DNA of 64,000 bases. Origin: Thermotogota bacterium ADurb.Bin062. Its GTDB lineage: Bacteria; Thermotogota; Thermotogae; MWEM01. This document shows positions 39,449 through 48,839 of the stretch, piece after piece. The stretch spans positions 10,198 through 74,197 of the forward strand of contig MWEM01000006.1 of assembly GCA_002071085.1 (NCBI GenBank). Direction: 5' to 3'. Numbering within the stretch: the first letter of the stretch is position 1; every line of letters begins with the position of its first letter. Under the pieces are notes generated by a model that had not been told where the DNA came from, did no database searches, and worked only from the letters and a program-made list of their open reading frames with translations. The position numbers and the translations under genes were made by a program.

Positions 39449-40145
39449 GAAAGGTCTTCGGCTCCGTACGGGCGCCAAATATCGCCGTTCCGATGCGTAA
39501 GATCGTGGCACCTTCTCCCAACGCGATCTGGAAATCGTTGGACATACCCATCGATAGGTGCTTTAATTCCGGATACGACTTTTGATAGGTGTCCCGCAGC
39601 GTCCGCAGCGTGGAAAAGGATTTTTTAAGAACCTTCTCGTTCGAGGTCAACGGAGCCATCGTCATTAACCCCGTTATACGAATATGCTGGCAAGAACGCG
39701 TGGCTTCCAACAACTCGGGCAAGAGCGCCGGAGATACGCCCATCTTGTTCCACTCTCCGGAGGTGTTCACCTCGATCAAAATATCCTGAGTGAGGGTGCG
39801 CTTCCTGCAGAACTCGTCAATGCCCAGCGCGGTTTCTGCGGAATCGATCGAATGAATTAGGGCCGTTTTACCCACCACGTATTTAAACTTATTTTTTTGG
39901 AGAGCGCCAACGAGATGCCAGGAGATTCCCTCCTCCTTAATCTCCAAGAATCGGTCACGGAGTGATTGTGGCCGATTTTCGCCGAATTCTCGATGGCCGC
40001 AGGCGTAGGCCGCCACGACCGCTTCCGGCGGGAAGGTTTTGCTCACAGCCACCAACGTGATGTCAGAGGTGGGGCGCTTGTGTTTGTCGCAAATCTTCGC
40101 GATCTCCGTTTTTAGCCGCTCTAGGTTCTCTTTGATATGCTCCAT
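39441..40145 (-). CDS. yggS: PLP homeostasis protein YggS
   Basis: VAVSKT, FGEN, GLMTM, LSMGMSND, RIGTAIFG. Confidence 0.95.
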   Translation of the reverse strand: MEHIKENLERLKTEIAKICDKHKRPTSDITLVAVSKTFPPEAVVAAYACGHREFGENRPQSLRDRFLEIKEEGISWHLVGALQKNKFKYVVGKTALIHSIDSAETALGIDEFCRKRTLTQDILIEVNTSGEWNKMGVSPALLPELLEATRSCQHIRITGLMTMAPLTSNEKVLKKSFSTLRTLRDTYQKSYPELKHLSMGMSNDFQIALGEGATILRIGTAIFGARTEPKTFRV

Positions 40146-40179
40146 TTGGTCAGGCTCCTTCGCGACGCGTCCTTTCTAG

Positions 40180-40209
40180 ACGAAAGACACCCTTGAGGGC
40201 GTCTTTCGT
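40180..40209. terminator. Hairpin terminator after dfx
   Basis: ACGAAAGAC(A)CCC-TTGA-GGG(C)GTCTTTCGT. Confidence 0.6.
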
Positions 40210-40224
40210 ATTGATTGATAGTGT

Positions 40225-40605
40225 TTACAGGTTCAGGACCCAGAGTCCGTGAATATTGCAGTACTCCCTCACTTGCTTGATTTGACATCCGCAGTCGAAA
40301 GTCACCTCTGGCGCTCCCCCCGGTTTCAGGTACTTGCGATGGACCCCGTGATCGGTTACCAGCTCGATCCATTCGATATAGTGTTTCTCTATCATCGGAT
40401 GCAATGTGGAACCGACGACGACTTTGACGCCTTTTTCGAGCTTCTCGAGCACCGGAATGTGTTTCTCTTTCGCTTGCTCGGCCGTCTGCTCCACCATCAG
40501 CTTCATTGGTTCTCCGCAGCAGACCAGCGTGCCGGCGCCGCTATGGACGACTTCCACGATGTTGCCGCACTTTTCGCATTTATAGACCTGTTCTTTGGCT
40601 GTCAT
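40225..40605 (-). CDS. dfx: Desulfoferrodoxin (2Fe superoxide reductase)
   Basis: CEKCGN...CCG, EKHIP, HPM...HYIEW, CNIHG. Confidence 0.96.
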   Translation of the reverse strand: MTAKEQVYKCEKCGNIVEVVHSGAGTLVCCGEPMKLMVEQTAEQAKEKHIPVLEKLEKGVKVVVGSTLHPMIEKHYIEWIELVTDHGVHRKYLKPGGAPEVTFDCGCQIKQVREYCNIHGLWVLNL

Positions 40606-40618
40606 CCGGAACCTCCTT

Positions 40619-41791
40619 TTACGTGTGATGTTTTTTTACGATGAGATCGACCAAGCGATCCATCGCTTCGTAGTCTTTTGCCTTTGGGAAGCCCTTGATC
40701 GTGATCGGATCCACCCACTCGGCCTTTAAATTGCCCAATGCGCCTTTTGCCGCTTCCACGACCTTGGTGCCCCACCCGTAAGAGGTGACGAGTGACAGAT
40801 ACTTCGTTTTCGGCTTTAACGCATTGGTCAACACCATCGTATACAGCATCTGCGGATGCGGGCCTAGAAGCATAGTCGGTGTGGCGAACAGAAGGGTGCT
40901 CGCATCGACGATATCGATCGCAAGTTCACCAAGATCCGAAACGGACATATTCAGAGGGATGACCTCCATCTTTTTCTGTACAAAGGCATTGACGAGATGG
41001 TCGACGATAGCTTCCGTGCTCCCGTGCATAGAAATGTAGGGTATCAGAACTCGTGGTTCCACGTCATCGGAAACCCAACTTTCGTACGCGGAGAGGATGA
41101 AGTTCGGATTCTTGTAGACGGGCCCGTGACTGGGACATATGAGGACCGGGTCGAGACCTCTCACGGTCGCAAGGTGTTTTTGGACAAAACTCCGGAAGGG
41201 CATCATGATTTCGGCATAGTACCGCTTCGCCGCTCGATAGATCCTCTGGCTGTCATCGGAGTAGACTTCGGAGGTGGCGTAATGGGAACCCAGAAAATCG
41301 CACGGGAACAAAATGCGGTCTTCCACCAAAAACGTTAACATCGTCTCCGGCCAATGGACCCACGGAGCGAAAAAGAACCGGAGGGTTTTGTTTCCCAGAC
41401 TCAAAGTCTGCCCATCCGAGACGACAATGAAGTCCTCGGTTTTCAGCGGTAGATGTTCCAGCAAAATCTCTTTGCACTTCTCGTTCGTGACAACTTTCGC
41501 TCCGGGATATTTCTTAAGCACCAGCGGGATCAACCCGGAATGGTCTTGCTCTGCATGATTGGCGATGACGTAGTCCACTTTTTTCACCGGAAGGCCTTCC
41601 AATCCGCGTCTGAACTCTTCCGGCTTAGAAGGATCGGAGGTATCGATCAACGCAGTCTTCTCCGATCCGACAACTAAGTACGCGTTATAACTGGTGCCGT
41701 CCGGTAGCGGGATAAGTTCGTCGAAAAGCCGGCGCGACCAGTCAATAACTCCGATGTTGTAGATGGTGTCAGAAATTTTTTTAATAGCCAT
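40619..41791 (-). CDS. fprA: Flavodiiron protein FprA
   Basis: GTSYNAY, HAEQDHSG, HWPET, SHG, flavodoxin SMHGST. Confidence 0.95.
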   Translation of the reverse strand: MAIKKISDTIYNIGVIDWSRRLFDELIPLPDGTSYNAYLVVGSEKTALIDTSDPSKPEEFRRGLEGLPVKKVDYVIANHAEQDHSGLIPLVLKKYPGAKVVTNEKCKEILLEHLPLKTEDFIVVSDGQTLSLGNKTLRFFFAPWVHWPETMLTFLVEDRILFPCDFLGSHYATSEVYSDDSQRIYRAAKRYYAEIMMPFRSFVQKHLATVRGLDPVLICPSHGPVYKNPNFILSAYESWVSDDVEPRVLIPYISMHGSTEAIVDHLVNAFVQKKMEVIPLNMSVSDLGELAIDIVDASTLLFATPTMLLGPHPQMLYTMVLTNALKPKTKYLSLVTSYGWGTKVVEAAKGALGNLKAEWVDPITIKGFPKAKDYEAMDRLVDLIVKKHHT

Positions 41792-41812
41792 AGCGCACCT
41801 CCAAGGGTAGCT

Positions 41813-41971
41813 TCATTCTTTTTCGAAGGCGTCTTTTCCGGCGCCACATTCGGGGCAAATCCAATCGTCTGGAATATCCTGAAAGGGAGTGCCAGCCGAT
41901 ATCCCTCCTGCCGGGTCACCGATCTCGGGGTCATAGACGTAACCGCATATCGTGCATACGTATCGTTCCAT
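41813..41971 (-). CDS. Rubredoxin (52 aa; not in ORF track)
   Basis: Manual translation [52 protein letters not shown]; GGAGG RBS. Confidence 0.97.
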   Translation of the reverse strand: MERYVCTICGYVYDPEIGDPAGGISAGTPFQDIPDDWICPECGAGKDAFEKE

Positions 41972-42159
41972 AGTCTCTACCTCCTTTTTTAGCTGGTTGG
42001 ATAGATTATACTACAAAAAACCCGGGGCATTTCCGTCGCGCTCAATGGTCGCCCGGACTACCTCGCTCTCTAGACGAAAAATACCGGCTAAAAAAACCAC
42101 CTCATCCGTATAAGAGTGATCCCCCCTCTCTGTCGGTTTTCGCGAGGGAACGGACGGCA

Positions 42160-43305
42160 TCACTCCGATTCGAGTACCGCCCGCGCCACCTGATCCGCCA
42201 CCCCAGGGTGAAAGGGTTTCGGGAGTATAGAATCTTCCCTCAAGTCACCGGGGGCGATCATCGAAGCGATCGCCTTTGCGGCCGCCAGCTTCATCGGCTC
42301 TGAAATTTGCTTTCTGGCTTTCAACGCGCCTTTAAAAATCCCAGGAAAGACCAGCACGTTGTTCACCTGGTTCGGGTAGTCCGATCTGCCCGAACCGACC
42401 ACGCGGGCGCCTCCCGCTTTCGCCAGATCGGGCATAATCTCCGGAACGGGGTTAGCCAAGGCGAATACGATCGCGTTCGAATTCATCGAGGCGACCATCT
42501 CGGTGGTGACGATATTAGGACCGGACACGCCGATAAACACATCGGCCCCCCTCATCGCGTCGGCCAAGGTTCCCGTCTTCTGTACAAGGTTCGTGAACTC
42601 GGCCAACTCTCTTTGCGCCCAATTCAACCACGGCGCCTCCCGATGGATGATACCGGCTCGCACACAAACCGTAATGTCTTTGACCCCGTAGGTTTTCAGG
42701 AGGAAGGCGACCGCGTTACCGGCAGCCCCCGCGCCGCTGATGACGACCTTGACGTCTTCGGCTTTCTTCGACACGACCGTCAGCGCGTTGATCAGCGCGG
42801 CTAAAACGACGATCGCGGTGCCGTGTTGATCGTCGTGGAACACCGGTATCGACAGGCGAGATTTTAACGTTCTCTCGATTTCGAAACAACGCGGCGCGCT
42901 GATATCTTCCAAGTTGATCCCGCCAAATACCGGGGCGATCCATTCTACCGCTTGAACGATTTCCTCGACCTTTTTCGTGTTCAGGCAGATCGGGAAAGCG
43001 TCGACTCCGGCGAATTCTTTGAACAGAACCGCTTTTCCTTCCATAACCGGCAACGCGGCTTCCGGGCCGATATCGCCCAAGCCCAACACCGCCGTGCCGT
43101 CGGTAACGACGGCCACGCAATTGCCCTTCATCGTGTAACGATAGACCGCCTCTCGGTCTTTGTGAATCTCTTTGCAGGGCTCAGCGACTCCCGGCGTGTA
43201 GGCGATAGAAAGATCGTCCATCGAACGAACCGACGCTTTCGACTCCACACTTAGCTTCCCTTTCCACCTCTCGTGCTCGACCAACGCCCTTTGTAGCAAG
43301 TCCAT
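42160..43305 (-). CDS. NAD(P)-dependent malic enzyme
   Basis: [46 protein letters not shown]. Confidence 0.95.
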   Translation of the reverse strand: MDLLQRALVEHERWKGKLSVESKASVRSMDDLSIAYTPGVAEPCKEIHKDREAVYRYTMKGNCVAVVTDGTAVLGLGDIGPEAALPVMEGKAVLFKEFAGVDAFPICLNTKKVEEIVQAVEWIAPVFGGINLEDISAPRCFEIERTLKSRLSIPVFHDDQHGTAIVVLAALINALTVVSKKAEDVKVVISGAGAAGNAVAFLLKTYGVKDITVCVRAGIIHREAPWLNWAQRELAEFTNLVQKTGTLADAMRGADVFIGVSGPNIVTTEMVASMNSNAIVFALANPVPEIMPDLAKAGGARVVGSGRSDYPNQVNNVLVFPGIFKGALKARKQISEPMKLAAAKAIASMIAPGDLREDSILPKPFHPGVADQVARAVLESE

Positions 43306-43310
43306 CCCGA

Positions 43311-44432
43311 TCACCTCTTTTCCCAAGGGAGCGGCAGGTCGGAAAGGCCGTAGGTTTCTTTCAAGCCGCTCATCTGCTTTTGGAGCGTCGTGTTCACTGG
43401 AACGCCCTTGTCCTTTCTTTCCAGCCAAGCGAGGTGTTCTTTTTCGCCGGCGGTATAGATGCGATCCGCTCCGGGCGCTTTTTTAGAAGCTCGCAGTTCC
43501 CTCAAAATCGTGCCGGTGATACGTTTAAACTCTTCCAACTCGATGAAGCTCTCCACGTTGATGGCGATAAAAAAGTGCCCGACACCGAAAGGCCGCTTGT
43601 TTCCGAGCTCGTCGAAACCGTTCAGCATCTTGAGGAAGTACCCGTTTTGTAGAGAAGCGGACAAGATTTCGACCACCGTCGCATAGCCGTACCCTTTATA
43701 GCCCGCTAGCGCTTCTCCCGGGCCACCCAGCGGGAGCAACGCCGCTTGACCGGATACGAGGTCCGATAAAATCTGATGCGTGTCGGTCCTTATACGTCCG
43801 TCGTGGCCGATGACCCATCCCTCCGGAATGTCTTTTCCGGCGCGGTCGTGGACCTCGATCTTTCCCCTTTGCGTAATGGAGGTCGCGCAATCGAGAAGGA
43901 ACGGAAAGTCTTCGTCCGTCGGCATCCCGAAGGTCAAAGGATTGGTGCCCAACATGTTCTCCACGCCGAAGGTCGGCGCGATAGAGGGTCGCGCATTTGT
44001 GCCAGTGATGCCGATCATCCCTCTTTCGGTCGCCATCAGCGGATAGTAACCGGCGATGCCGTAGTGGTTGGAATGGCGCGTCGCCACCATACCGATACCG
44101 TAGACCGCCGCTTTCTTGATCGCGAGTTCCATCGACGCTTTCGCCACCACGAAACCCATACCGTTGTGCCCGTCCACTACGGCGGTGGCTGGGCTCTCTC
44201 GGACGATCTCTGTTTTGGTCACCGGTTGTAAGGTCCCCTCTCTGATCCTATCGATGTAAATAGGTTTTAAACGGCCGATACCGTGGGATTCTATACCCCG
44301 TTTATCGGACTCGAGCAGTATCTCCGTACACGTCTTCGCGTCCTCGTTTGGAATGCCAGCCGCGCAAAAAACCGCCTCTACGAAGACTTTAGCGTCTTCG
44401 AAAGGCCACCAAACCACACGATCATCCAGCAT
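43311..44432 (-). CDS. Ldh_2 family (malate/L-sulfolactate/ureidoglycolate dehydrogenase-like) oxidoreductase
   Basis: GIESHG, VDG.NG.G, SNHYGIAG, GTNPL, DCATS, GYKGYG. Confidence 0.92.
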   Translation of the reverse strand: MLDDRVVWWPFEDAKVFVEAVFCAAGIPNEDAKTCTEILLESDKRGIESHGIGRLKPIYIDRIREGTLQPVTKTEIVRESPATAVVDGHNGMGFVVAKASMELAIKKAAVYGIGMVATRHSNHYGIAGYYPLMATERGMIGITGTNARPSIAPTFGVENMLGTNPLTFGMPTDEDFPFLLDCATSITQRGKIEVHDRAGKDIPEGWVIGHDGRIRTDTHQILSDLVSGQAALLPLGGPGEALAGYKGYGYATVVEILSASLQNGYFLKMLNGFDELGNKRPFGVGHFFIAINVESFIELEEFKRITGTILRELRASKKAPGADRIYTAGEKEHLAWLERKDKGVPVNTTLQKQMSGLKETYGLSDLPLPWEKR

Positions 44433-44448
44433 ATCGATTCCTCCTTTG

Positions 44449-45603
44449 TTAAAAGCCGATCACGAAACGCCTGATGCTTTTGGGAAGAAAGTCGCTCAAT
44501 TTGATGATACCCCAACAGAATAGTATACCAAAAAAGATCATCAGTAAGAATTCTACGGAACGGGAAAAACGGTAGCCTATGGCTTCTTCGAACCAGACGA
44601 GGAAGAACCACATGAACGGTTGGTGGGTCAAGAACAGCACGAAAGAAAAGCGACCGAAGCGGATAAAAATGGAAAGAACCCCTACGCCAAGCTTTTCTCT
44701 AAGAGGCCTAGGGAGGGTCTCTTTTCTAGCGCGAAGGGAATGCCACCGTTTTTCCAGGCGATGGCTGACGGAGCCAATACAGGAAAGCGCGAAGATCGAG
44801 AGGAAAAAAGTGAATACTGAAAACTGATCGATCACGAAGTAGGTCTGCCATCTCCGTACAAAGAGAAAGGCCTCCGTCCCCGTGAGGGCCAGGAGAATGA
44901 GGTACCCGTACACCCCTCTCTTGCCAAAGGAAGGAAAGACCGGCTTCCTGCTGGCACTTCTCAAGTACCCCCAAAAAAACGGAAAGAACCATAGCAGCGG
45001 ATTCGGATACAAAAGGGCGCCGAGTGAGAGGAGCGGAATCTTTTCCTGTGGAATCACCCACAAGCTAACCGAAAGGATGGCTAAAACCGTTGTCTGAAAT
45101 ATAAAAGCACGTCTGAGAAGCTTAGGATACAGTTCAGGGTGGACATTACGCAGAATACCCGTGAAGTATTGGAACAGGATGAGAATAAATAGAAAATAGT
45201 ATTGCCAAGACCCCGAAAAGGTCAAAATGCTTAAGACAAACGAGAGCGGGGTGATTTCGTAGCCGAAAATCTCTCGGCCGGTATACGGGTAGGTCACACG
45301 CGAATCGGACACCGTGTAGATGAGAAGTGAGAGCGTGGCCCAAAATAGGTAGGGTTTGACCATATCGACGATTCTTTCCAGATTCATACGAGTGGTCACC
45401 CGCTTGCGTTTCAGCCCCTGTCCGTAGCCAAACAGATAGATCAGACAGAAAACGGCCGGAACCATCGATTTGCCAAGGTAAGAGAAGAGCAGCTGTTCTA
45501 GTACGGGCATGTCGTTGATCACCGCGGCCAAAGAATGACCGGCGATAACAGAAAAGATCGATATCCCTTTCGCGATCTCCAAATAGACTGGACTAAGGCT
45601 CAA
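44449..45603 (-). CDS. Acyltransferase-3 (membrane O-acyltransferase) family protein
   Basis: AKGISIFSVIAGH, WQYYFL..L, SF.LFL.H; about 10 TM segments. Confidence 0.8.
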   Translation of the reverse strand: MSLSPVYLEIAKGISIFSVIAGHSLAAVINDMPVLEQLLFSYLGKSMVPAVFCLIYLFGYGQGLKRKRVTTRMNLERIVDMVKPYLFWATLSLLIYTVSDSRVTYPYTGREIFGYEITPLSFVLSILTFSGSWQYYFLFILILFQYFTGILRNVHPELYPKLLRRAFIFQTTVLAILSVSLWVIPQEKIPLLSLGALLYPNPLLWFFPFFWGYLRSASRKPVFPSFGKRGVYGYLILLALTGTEAFLFVRRWQTYFVIDQFSVFTFFLSIFALSCIGSVSHRLEKRWHSLRARKETLPRPLREKLGVGVLSIFIRFGRFSFVLFLTHQPFMWFFLVWFEEAIGYRFSRSVEFLLMIFFGILFCWGIIKLSDFLPKSIRRFVIGF

Positions 45604-45637
45604 GGACGCTCACCACACGAATCCACCAGGTGTTGCG

Positions 45638-46864
45638 CTATTTCGCCGTGGTTTCGGTTTTGACGTATCGGATCCCTAGGCGTTGGTCTTTCGGTAAGAA
45701 CAGGATCAGGATAAATAAGAGGATTCCGAACTGAAAAAGCATCATCAAGATGTAGGCACACGACGAGAAGAAGGCCACTGAGAGTTTTTTGGAAGCGATG
45801 TACAGGTTGGAGCTTAGAGAAAAAGCCAACACGCAGAAGGCCAAGACAAGGGTGCAAAGGAAATTGAAGGAGTAAAGGGACAGTAACCCGAAGATCAGGT
45901 TGGCGGACAACAAAACCGCCAGTAAGATGACGGGAAAGTCTTGCTCAAAGTATTGGTTCATCGCGTACTTGTTCCATTTCCATCTCTGCTTCAAGAGCAA
46001 GAAAAGGGTTTGTGGCGCGCGCTCCCAAGTGTGGCAACTGATCGAAAAGCCTTTTTTACGGGCAAAGGCGTTCGCTTGCCGGCCTATTTCGGAGTCTTCA
46101 CTGTACACTTGAGAAGGAAAGTTAATCTTGCTCGCGACCTTGGAAGAGATGAAGAAGGAGGAGCCCGTGAAGTTGAACGGAATCATATTCAGCAACTGCA
46201 AACCGGACACGAATATCTCGTCCGCGTCGGCGATCGAGTAGCTGAGCGTACCGTGTTCAACGTTTCGGCGGGTCAAATGCAAAACATCGTACCCTTCTCG
46301 GAGCGTGTAACCCAAGGCTTTCGAAAAGGTTTCCTTCGAGATTGCCGTATCGGCATCTCCGACGAAGAATAGATCGCATTCGATCGTGTGGAAAGCCTCT
46401 TCGAGAGCGATACCTTTCGGATGTATCCGTTTCTCAGAAGCGGGAACGGAGCGGATGTGCAGACGGTCTCGATAGTCTTTGCCGGTGACCGGATCGATCT
46501 CGCGTTGCAGCGCGCGTAACATCTCGACAGTCTGATCCTCGGAGTGATCGTCGTAAACGGTGACCTCTATCGGGCCGGCCAAGCTTAGGTAGTCGCGAAC
46601 GTTTTCGATGAATCGTTCCCCTTCGTTTTTGACCACGAAGAGCACGGCGATACGGGGTTCGTGAAAAAGCGACTCCTCGTAGGGCAGGGCTTCAAGCGTC
46701 ATTTGCTCGAGAAATCGTTTCCGCGAAGTATAGAATACCAAAAAAAAGGCGCCGACGCTGGCTAACAAACACGGAAACACATAGCTTCCGAAAGAAAAAA
46801 TACGGCTAAACGCATAAACCAAGGGGTAGACCGCGATGATCGAAATCCATTTAAACCAAAACAT
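45638..46864 (-). CDS. Membrane glycosyltransferase family 2 (processive-type motifs)
   Basis: KNE, DDHSED, KG.AL, DAD, SED, QRWKW; TM segments at both ends. Confidence 0.85.
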   Translation of the reverse strand: MFWFKWISIIAVYPLVYAFSRIFSFGSYVFPCLLASVGAFFLVFYTSRKRFLEQMTLEALPYEESLFHEPRIAVLFVVKNEGERFIENVRDYLSLAGPIEVTVYDDHSEDQTVEMLRALQREIDPVTGKDYRDRLHIRSVPASEKRIHPKGIALEEAFHTIECDLFFVGDADTAISKETFSKALGYTLREGYDVLHLTRRNVEHGTLSYSIADADEIFVSGLQLLNMIPFNFTGSSFFISSKVASKINFPSQVYSEDSEIGRQANAFARKKGFSISCHTWERAPQTLFLLLKQRWKWNKYAMNQYFEQDFPVILLAVLLSANLIFGLLSLYSFNFLCTLVLAFCVLAFSLSSNLYIASKKLSVAFFSSCAYILMMLFQFGILLFILILFLPKDQRLGIRYVKTETTAK

Positions 46865-46875
46865 AGCGCCTCCCT

Positions 46876-47922
46876 CTATACAGTGGTTCGGCCCGGGCGC
46901 AATTCTTCATAAAGCGCCTTCCATTGCTTATAGATCGCTGTTTCTGAGTAAATCGAAGCGAGCCGTCGCGCGTCCTCGATCCCTTTCCGCCGCGCGGCCT
47001 CGTCTTGGCAGATACGTCGGATCCAATCAGAAAAACTTTGCACATCCGTCGCACGATAATAATGGCCGAAGAGGATACCCGGGTAGAGGGGAATATCGCG
47101 CAACAGAATAGGTAACCCGCATTTTGCCGCCTCCAAGAGGGACATCGGGAACAGCTCCTGAAAAGAGGCCAGGAAGAAGAGGTCAGAGGCCTGCAAGTAT
47201 TCGGCGACCACTTCCCGGTCAACGATTCCGGGAAAGCGCATATTTTGAGGAGGATCGGCCACGATGGCCCGATAGGTGTCGTAGCCGTCGGACAACCGTC
47301 CGAAAGAAAACCCCCCTACCCAAACGAAAAGATAGTCCGGATTCAACTGTGCGCAGGCGACGAAATCGTCAAATCCCTTTCTCCGTTGTATCTGCCCCGA
47401 AGAGACGATCACCGGAGCCTTGAGCGGGAGGTCAAGCTCGCGTCGCAAGGCCGCCTTTTTCTCCTCATTGACCTCAAAAAAGAGGCGCTCGTCAGCATAG
47501 TTAGGAATGAACGATACTTTTGCCGGATCCAACCCTTTGCTGATCAGCTCTTCCCGGTAATACGGGTTGACAACAACCAATCGGTCCCCTTGCCGGTAGA
47601 AATAGTACAAGTATTTACCGAAATACTTTACGACGAATTTCGGCAGGCTGAGGCTCCCATCGAGTGAGTCTTCCATCATATGGCAGGTGATGACCACGCC
47701 TTTCCCCCGTTTATGAAAATGGCGGATCAACCGCAGGGATTTCAAATCCACCGTGTGCAAGTGAAGGATATCGGTTAGAGAATCGGTGTTTTTCAGGACT
47801 TGGAATTCGCCGCCCCGCTCCAACAAGCGCACCAGATCATTGTAAGCGGAGTCAACTCCGTGCCCCTTTTTTGTTCCGGATATCGAACGCATATTGACTT
47901 GCAACTGGTAAGACCCCCACAT
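46876..47922 (-). CDS. Glycosyltransferase family 4, CpoA/DGS-like glycolipid synthase
   Basis: GHGVDSAYNDLVRLL, HLHTV, RKGFDDF, ELFPMSLLE. Confidence 0.85.
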   Translation of the reverse strand: MWGSYQLQVNMRSISGTKKGHGVDSAYNDLVRLLERGGEFQVLKNTDSLTDILHLHTVDLKSLRLIRHFHKRGKGVVITCHMMEDSLDGSLSLPKFVVKYFGKYLYYFYRQGDRLVVVNPYYREELISKGLDPAKVSFIPNYADERLFFEVNEEKKAALRRELDLPLKAPVIVSSGQIQRRKGFDDFVACAQLNPDYLFVWVGGFSFGRLSDGYDTYRAIVADPPQNMRFPGIVDREVVAEYLQASDLFFLASFQELFPMSLLEAAKCGLPILLRDIPLYPGILFGHYYRATDVQSFSDWIRRICQDEAARRKGIEDARRLASIYSETAIYKQWKALYEELRPGRTTV

Positions 47923-47958
47923 CGGATATTCTAGCTACTTTAGGTTTTTTTTCAAAGG

Positions 47959-47967
47959 ATTATAACA
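47959..47967 (-). promoter_or_regulatory. Extended -10 promoter for the GT4-GT2-acyltransferase genes
   Basis: Minus strand TGTTATAAT. Confidence 0.6.
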
Positions 47968-47992
47968 CGAAACCGACCTGCTCGAGCTGCCT

Positions 47993-48293
47993 GTGCGTGT
48001 CAATTTATGAGGTGCCGCCAAGAAACAAGGCCAGAATCGACCGCACGATTTTTAGTCCGTGTAATCGTCACGGCGTAAACGCCCCCTGTTTGCAAGACCG
48101 CGCGATACGCTTGAGAACGCCTTGGGAACGCCAACTTTTGAGTTGGCATATCTTGAAAAAAAGTCACACAGAGGCCTCGGAGAGTACAAAGAAGAGAGGT
48201 ATATACGAGAGCCAACACCAGGTTGATGTTTTCTCTGCGTACTCTGTGCGAAACCATCTTTTTTTGAATACGCCGAACTAAAGTTCGGCGTTC
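47993..48293 (-). repeat. Mosaic repeat array D (Z, degenerate Y, V, U, plus an inverted U-V pair)
   Basis: Z(rev) 47993-48060, Y(rev) ~48066-48110, V 48123-48147, U-like 48155-48195 and 48230-48265, V 48271-48293. Confidence 0.85.
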
Positions 48294-48320
48294 ACAAATA
48301 AGACGGGCATTCTACGGGTG

Positions 48321-48839
48321 TCAATCTCCGAGGACAGAAAAATAACCGTGATAGAGTAAAAAGAAGCACAGGTAAAAGACCCGCGCCTTTCGGACGTACG
48401 CGGTTTTCTGCCACCCGCCGGCCTCCAGCAGGGCTCGAATGTAGGTGGGGCCTTGATGATAGGCAGTGAGAACGATATCCCAATCCTCTTCGAACATATC
48501 GGCCAGGTACCGAAGATAACGGGTACCCAGTTCGATGTTGTTGTGAGGTTCGCGCCAACTCCCCACGATCGGGAGGCTCTCTTCGAGCCACGCGGCGGTT
48601 TGGGGCAGAAGCTGCATCAAGCCAAATGCCTTCGCCGGTGATTGCGCTAACGAGTCAAACCCGCTTTCGGTTTGGATCACGGCGGCCGTCAACAACGGGT
48701 CGATGCCGTACTTACCACTGCTGTTGACAATTTGGGGCAGGTATGGTAGCTTAAACACCGAATAACCGATGCACAACAGGGCGAATGCGACGATCGGCAA
48801 GACCAACAAAGAGAAGAGAAGGAAGGGCGACCCTTTCAA
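48321..48839 (-). CDS. Lytic transglycosylase (SLT domain), membrane-anchored
   Basis: AVIQTESGF, A.GLMQL, NIELGT.YL, AYHQG. Confidence 0.92.
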   Translation of the reverse strand: MKGSPFLLFSLLVLPIVAFALLCIGYSVFKLPYLPQIVNSSGKYGIDPLLTAAVIQTESGFDSLAQSPAKAFGLMQLLPQTAAWLEESLPIVGSWREPHNNIELGTRYLRYLADMFEEDWDIVLTAYHQGPTYIRALLEAGGWQKTAYVRKARVFYLCFFLLYHGYFSVLGD

